Shown here: one piece after another, positions 61,851 through 64,000 of the stretch
Numbering within the stretch: the stretch's first letter is position 1
How the letters are laid out: each line of letters begins with the position of its first letter
Origin: the human T2T-CHM13v2.0 reference genome, Homo sapiens
DNA length: 64,000 bases
Assembly: GCF_009914755.1 (NCBI RefSeq)
Contig: NC_060935.1
Reading direction: 5' to 3' (one strand)
Position numbers and translations under genes: made by a program
The notes under the pieces: model-generated
What the model was told of the DNA's origin: nothing
Seen by the model: only the letters and a program-made list of their open reading frames with translations
The model's database searches: none

Positions 61851-63174
61851 ACCAGATGACTCCCTGGATCAGTACATTATCCAAATGTATTTGGATAGTT
61901 CTCTCTGATCAATAAAACAAAGGCTTCTGAGTCAACCCAGTCTAGGTGCTCCTGTGGGCATCTCATCCATCAGTTTCCAAAGACAGCCAAGTTGGTCACA
62001 TCCTTGCAAAGCAAAAGCTCAGGGGCGTCATTTACTACCAAGATGCCCTTTGGGGTTCAGCTCATTGGAATCAGAGATATCCCAGCAAGCATGGGAAGAA
62101 GAGCACATCACTACAATACAGGAGGCTCAGGTGGCAGCCACGCCACCTAGAAGACATCTCACCTCACTGGCTGGAATAGGCCAGGATTGAGTCCACAACT
62201 TGAAGCCTTCTCTGGATCACAGATGGAAGAAGGCAAAGGGTACCCTTCAGCAGAGGGTCCTCAAAGAAGGCTGGATTTACAGCAGCTGCTTGTTTTCTCT
62301 TGTTTTTCTTTTATTCATTTAGTCAACAACAATTTTAGGAACACCGGTAGGTACCTCTAAGAATATTTCACTTCTGTATCTTTCTGTACCATCCTTTTCC
62401 CCTCCTTGTTCATTTGCTACTTTCTCCCTAGCTGGTTAGTTAATTTACGGCTCTTTTGTGCAGTATCGTTTCCTCTCTCAGTTTCTTTCTTCTCCACTTG
62501 ATGAATTTCCCTATGTACTCTATGTTGTAGCTTCCCAACTTGTTTTATAAAATACCTCAAGTCAAGAGCCCTAAAACTTACTCCTGGGCATGGAAGGAAA
62601 CAACTGCAACAAAAAAGAGAAAGAAACAGGGCATTATCCTTAGAAGCAAGCTCCCTGTGAGCTGAAAAATTCTGTACTCAGACCTCTGGACAGAAGGCTG
62701 CCTCTGAAGTGACAAGACCAGCCACTGAAGTCCCAAACTCACCAGCTGGGAAAATAGTCTTCCAGAGAAGGTCTTTCCCAGGAACCAGCCATTAACATGC
62801 AGGGATGCCGTAGACAGTGAAGTGTTGGGGGCAGATATTAACTGTACTGAACAACCAACCAAAAGAGCAGATTGAACCACACTAATATGTGAAAGCTTGG
62901 ACCAAACTGGACCTATGTCAGTGTGCCTTGTTTTATTTTTAAAAAAACTCAATCAAAAGTGTTTGTTAATGGGTTTTTGGTCTTTCGGTTGTTGTTTGTT
63001 TGTTTTTGCCTCTTCCAAGGAAGGTCCCCATTAATCAGATTGAACTAGGAAGTAACCATGTGTCTTCTAAAACTCAATTGAATTGCCCTAAGTTCAACAG
63101 TGATCCCTTAATTGCCAAATCCAAGAGCTTCTTTAGTTCTTTTGAGTCCTCATCTGCTTGCCTCTATGAAGCAC

Positions 63175-63230
63175 TTTCCTTCCTTCCTTCCTTCCTTCCT
63201 TCCTTCCTTCCTTCTTTCCTTCCTTCCTTC
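63175..63230. repeat. (TTCC)n microsatellite
   Basis: Seen directly. Confidence 0.95.
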
Positions 63231-63494
63231 CATTTCTTTTTATTTTTATTTCTTTTTATTTTTGTAAGGCATTTCTTTCTGCATTCCCACTTTCTTGAAA
63301 CTTTCTCTACCATTGGTTTCTGAAAAAAATACTTTTCTGGCCCCCTATCTCTTTGGTTTCCTTTTCTTCTTGGTGCTCTTCCTGGCTTCTTTTTAATATC
63401 CTTAGTCCCTTAAGTATTACTGTCCTTGTGCGTCCTCTTTTACCTGATTTTCTTCTCACACAAGCTCTTCCATGTTCTCATCTACCCACTTGAT

Positions 63495-63790
63495 TTTTTT
63501 TTTTTGGAGACAGGGTCTCACTCTGTCACCCAGGCTGGAATGCAGTAGCACAATGATGGCTTACTACAGCCTCAACCTCCCTGGGGTCATGTGATCCTCC
63601 CACCTCAGCCTCCCAAGTAGCTAGGACCACAGGTGCGTGCCACCACACCCAGCTAATTTTTTGCATTTTTTGTGGGGATGAGGTTTTGCCATGTTGCCCA
63701 TGCTTGTCTCAAATTCCTGAGCTCAAGCGATCTGCCCACCTCAGCCTCCCAAAGTGCTGAGATTACGGGTGTGAGCCATTACTTCCCGCC
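63495..63790 (-). mobile_element. AluJ
   Basis: gagacagggtctcactctgtcacccaggctgg; tcctgagctcaagcgatc; TSD acccacttgattt (63484) / acccccttgattt (63791). Confidence 0.95.
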
Positions 63791-64000
63791 ACCCCCTTGA
63801 TTTTTATTACCACCTGTGAAGATAATTCCTTATATAATACCACCAAATCCAGCCTTTTCCCCAAACTCAAGACCTACATTTCTGGCTGCCCCCAAAACAA
63901 CCTCACAGACATTTCAAATGTAAGTTGTTCAAAACATAACTCATTGCCCTCCTTCCCTAAATTTTCTCCTGTTGCAGTCTCCTCTAACCCAGTTAAAGGC

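Larger units (their letters stand above)
63060..64000 (+). mobile_element. L2 fragment interrupted by STR and AluJ
   Basis: attgccaaatccaa, ttcttgaaactttct, tccagccttttccccaaactcaagacc, ccaaaacaacctc. Confidence 0.7.

Overview
Primate (most likely human) non-coding genomic DNA, either intronic or intergenic. Evidence: AluY/AluS/AluJ, a young L1PA 3' end, and very dense ancient MIR and L2 copies. I recognise no protein-coding exon, RNA gene or processed pseudogene, and I cannot name the locus. Every listed ORF is either transposon-derived (only the L1 ORF2 C-terminus at 11041-11325 and a CR1 reverse-transcriptase fossil at ~23060-23445 look protein-like), simple-repeat-derived, or unremarkable. 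A large part of the window is transposon debris: L2, MIR, L1M, MLT1/MLT2/MER34-39/LTR16/LTR33 solo LTRs, and MER3/MER5/MER58/Tigger4a DNA elements, often nested. The most interesting signal is in the repeat-free islands, which carry clustered transcription-factor motifs: a PBX-HOX + MEIS cluster (8.7-9.1 kb); a homeodomain 14-mer present twice in inverted orientation 42 kb apart; a GATA/KLF/ETS/AP-1 cluster (5.0-5.5 kb); a GC-box/TATA/splice-donor promoter-like unit (6.3-6.9 kb); a FOX-NKX-FOX + G-quadruplex element (48.4 kb); and a triple-CCAAT CpG-rich promoter-like element (52 kb). All of these are motif-level inferences. I found no convincing evidence of a novel biological system. Repeat subfamily calls come from remembered consensus sequences, and boundaries of old repeats are approximate.
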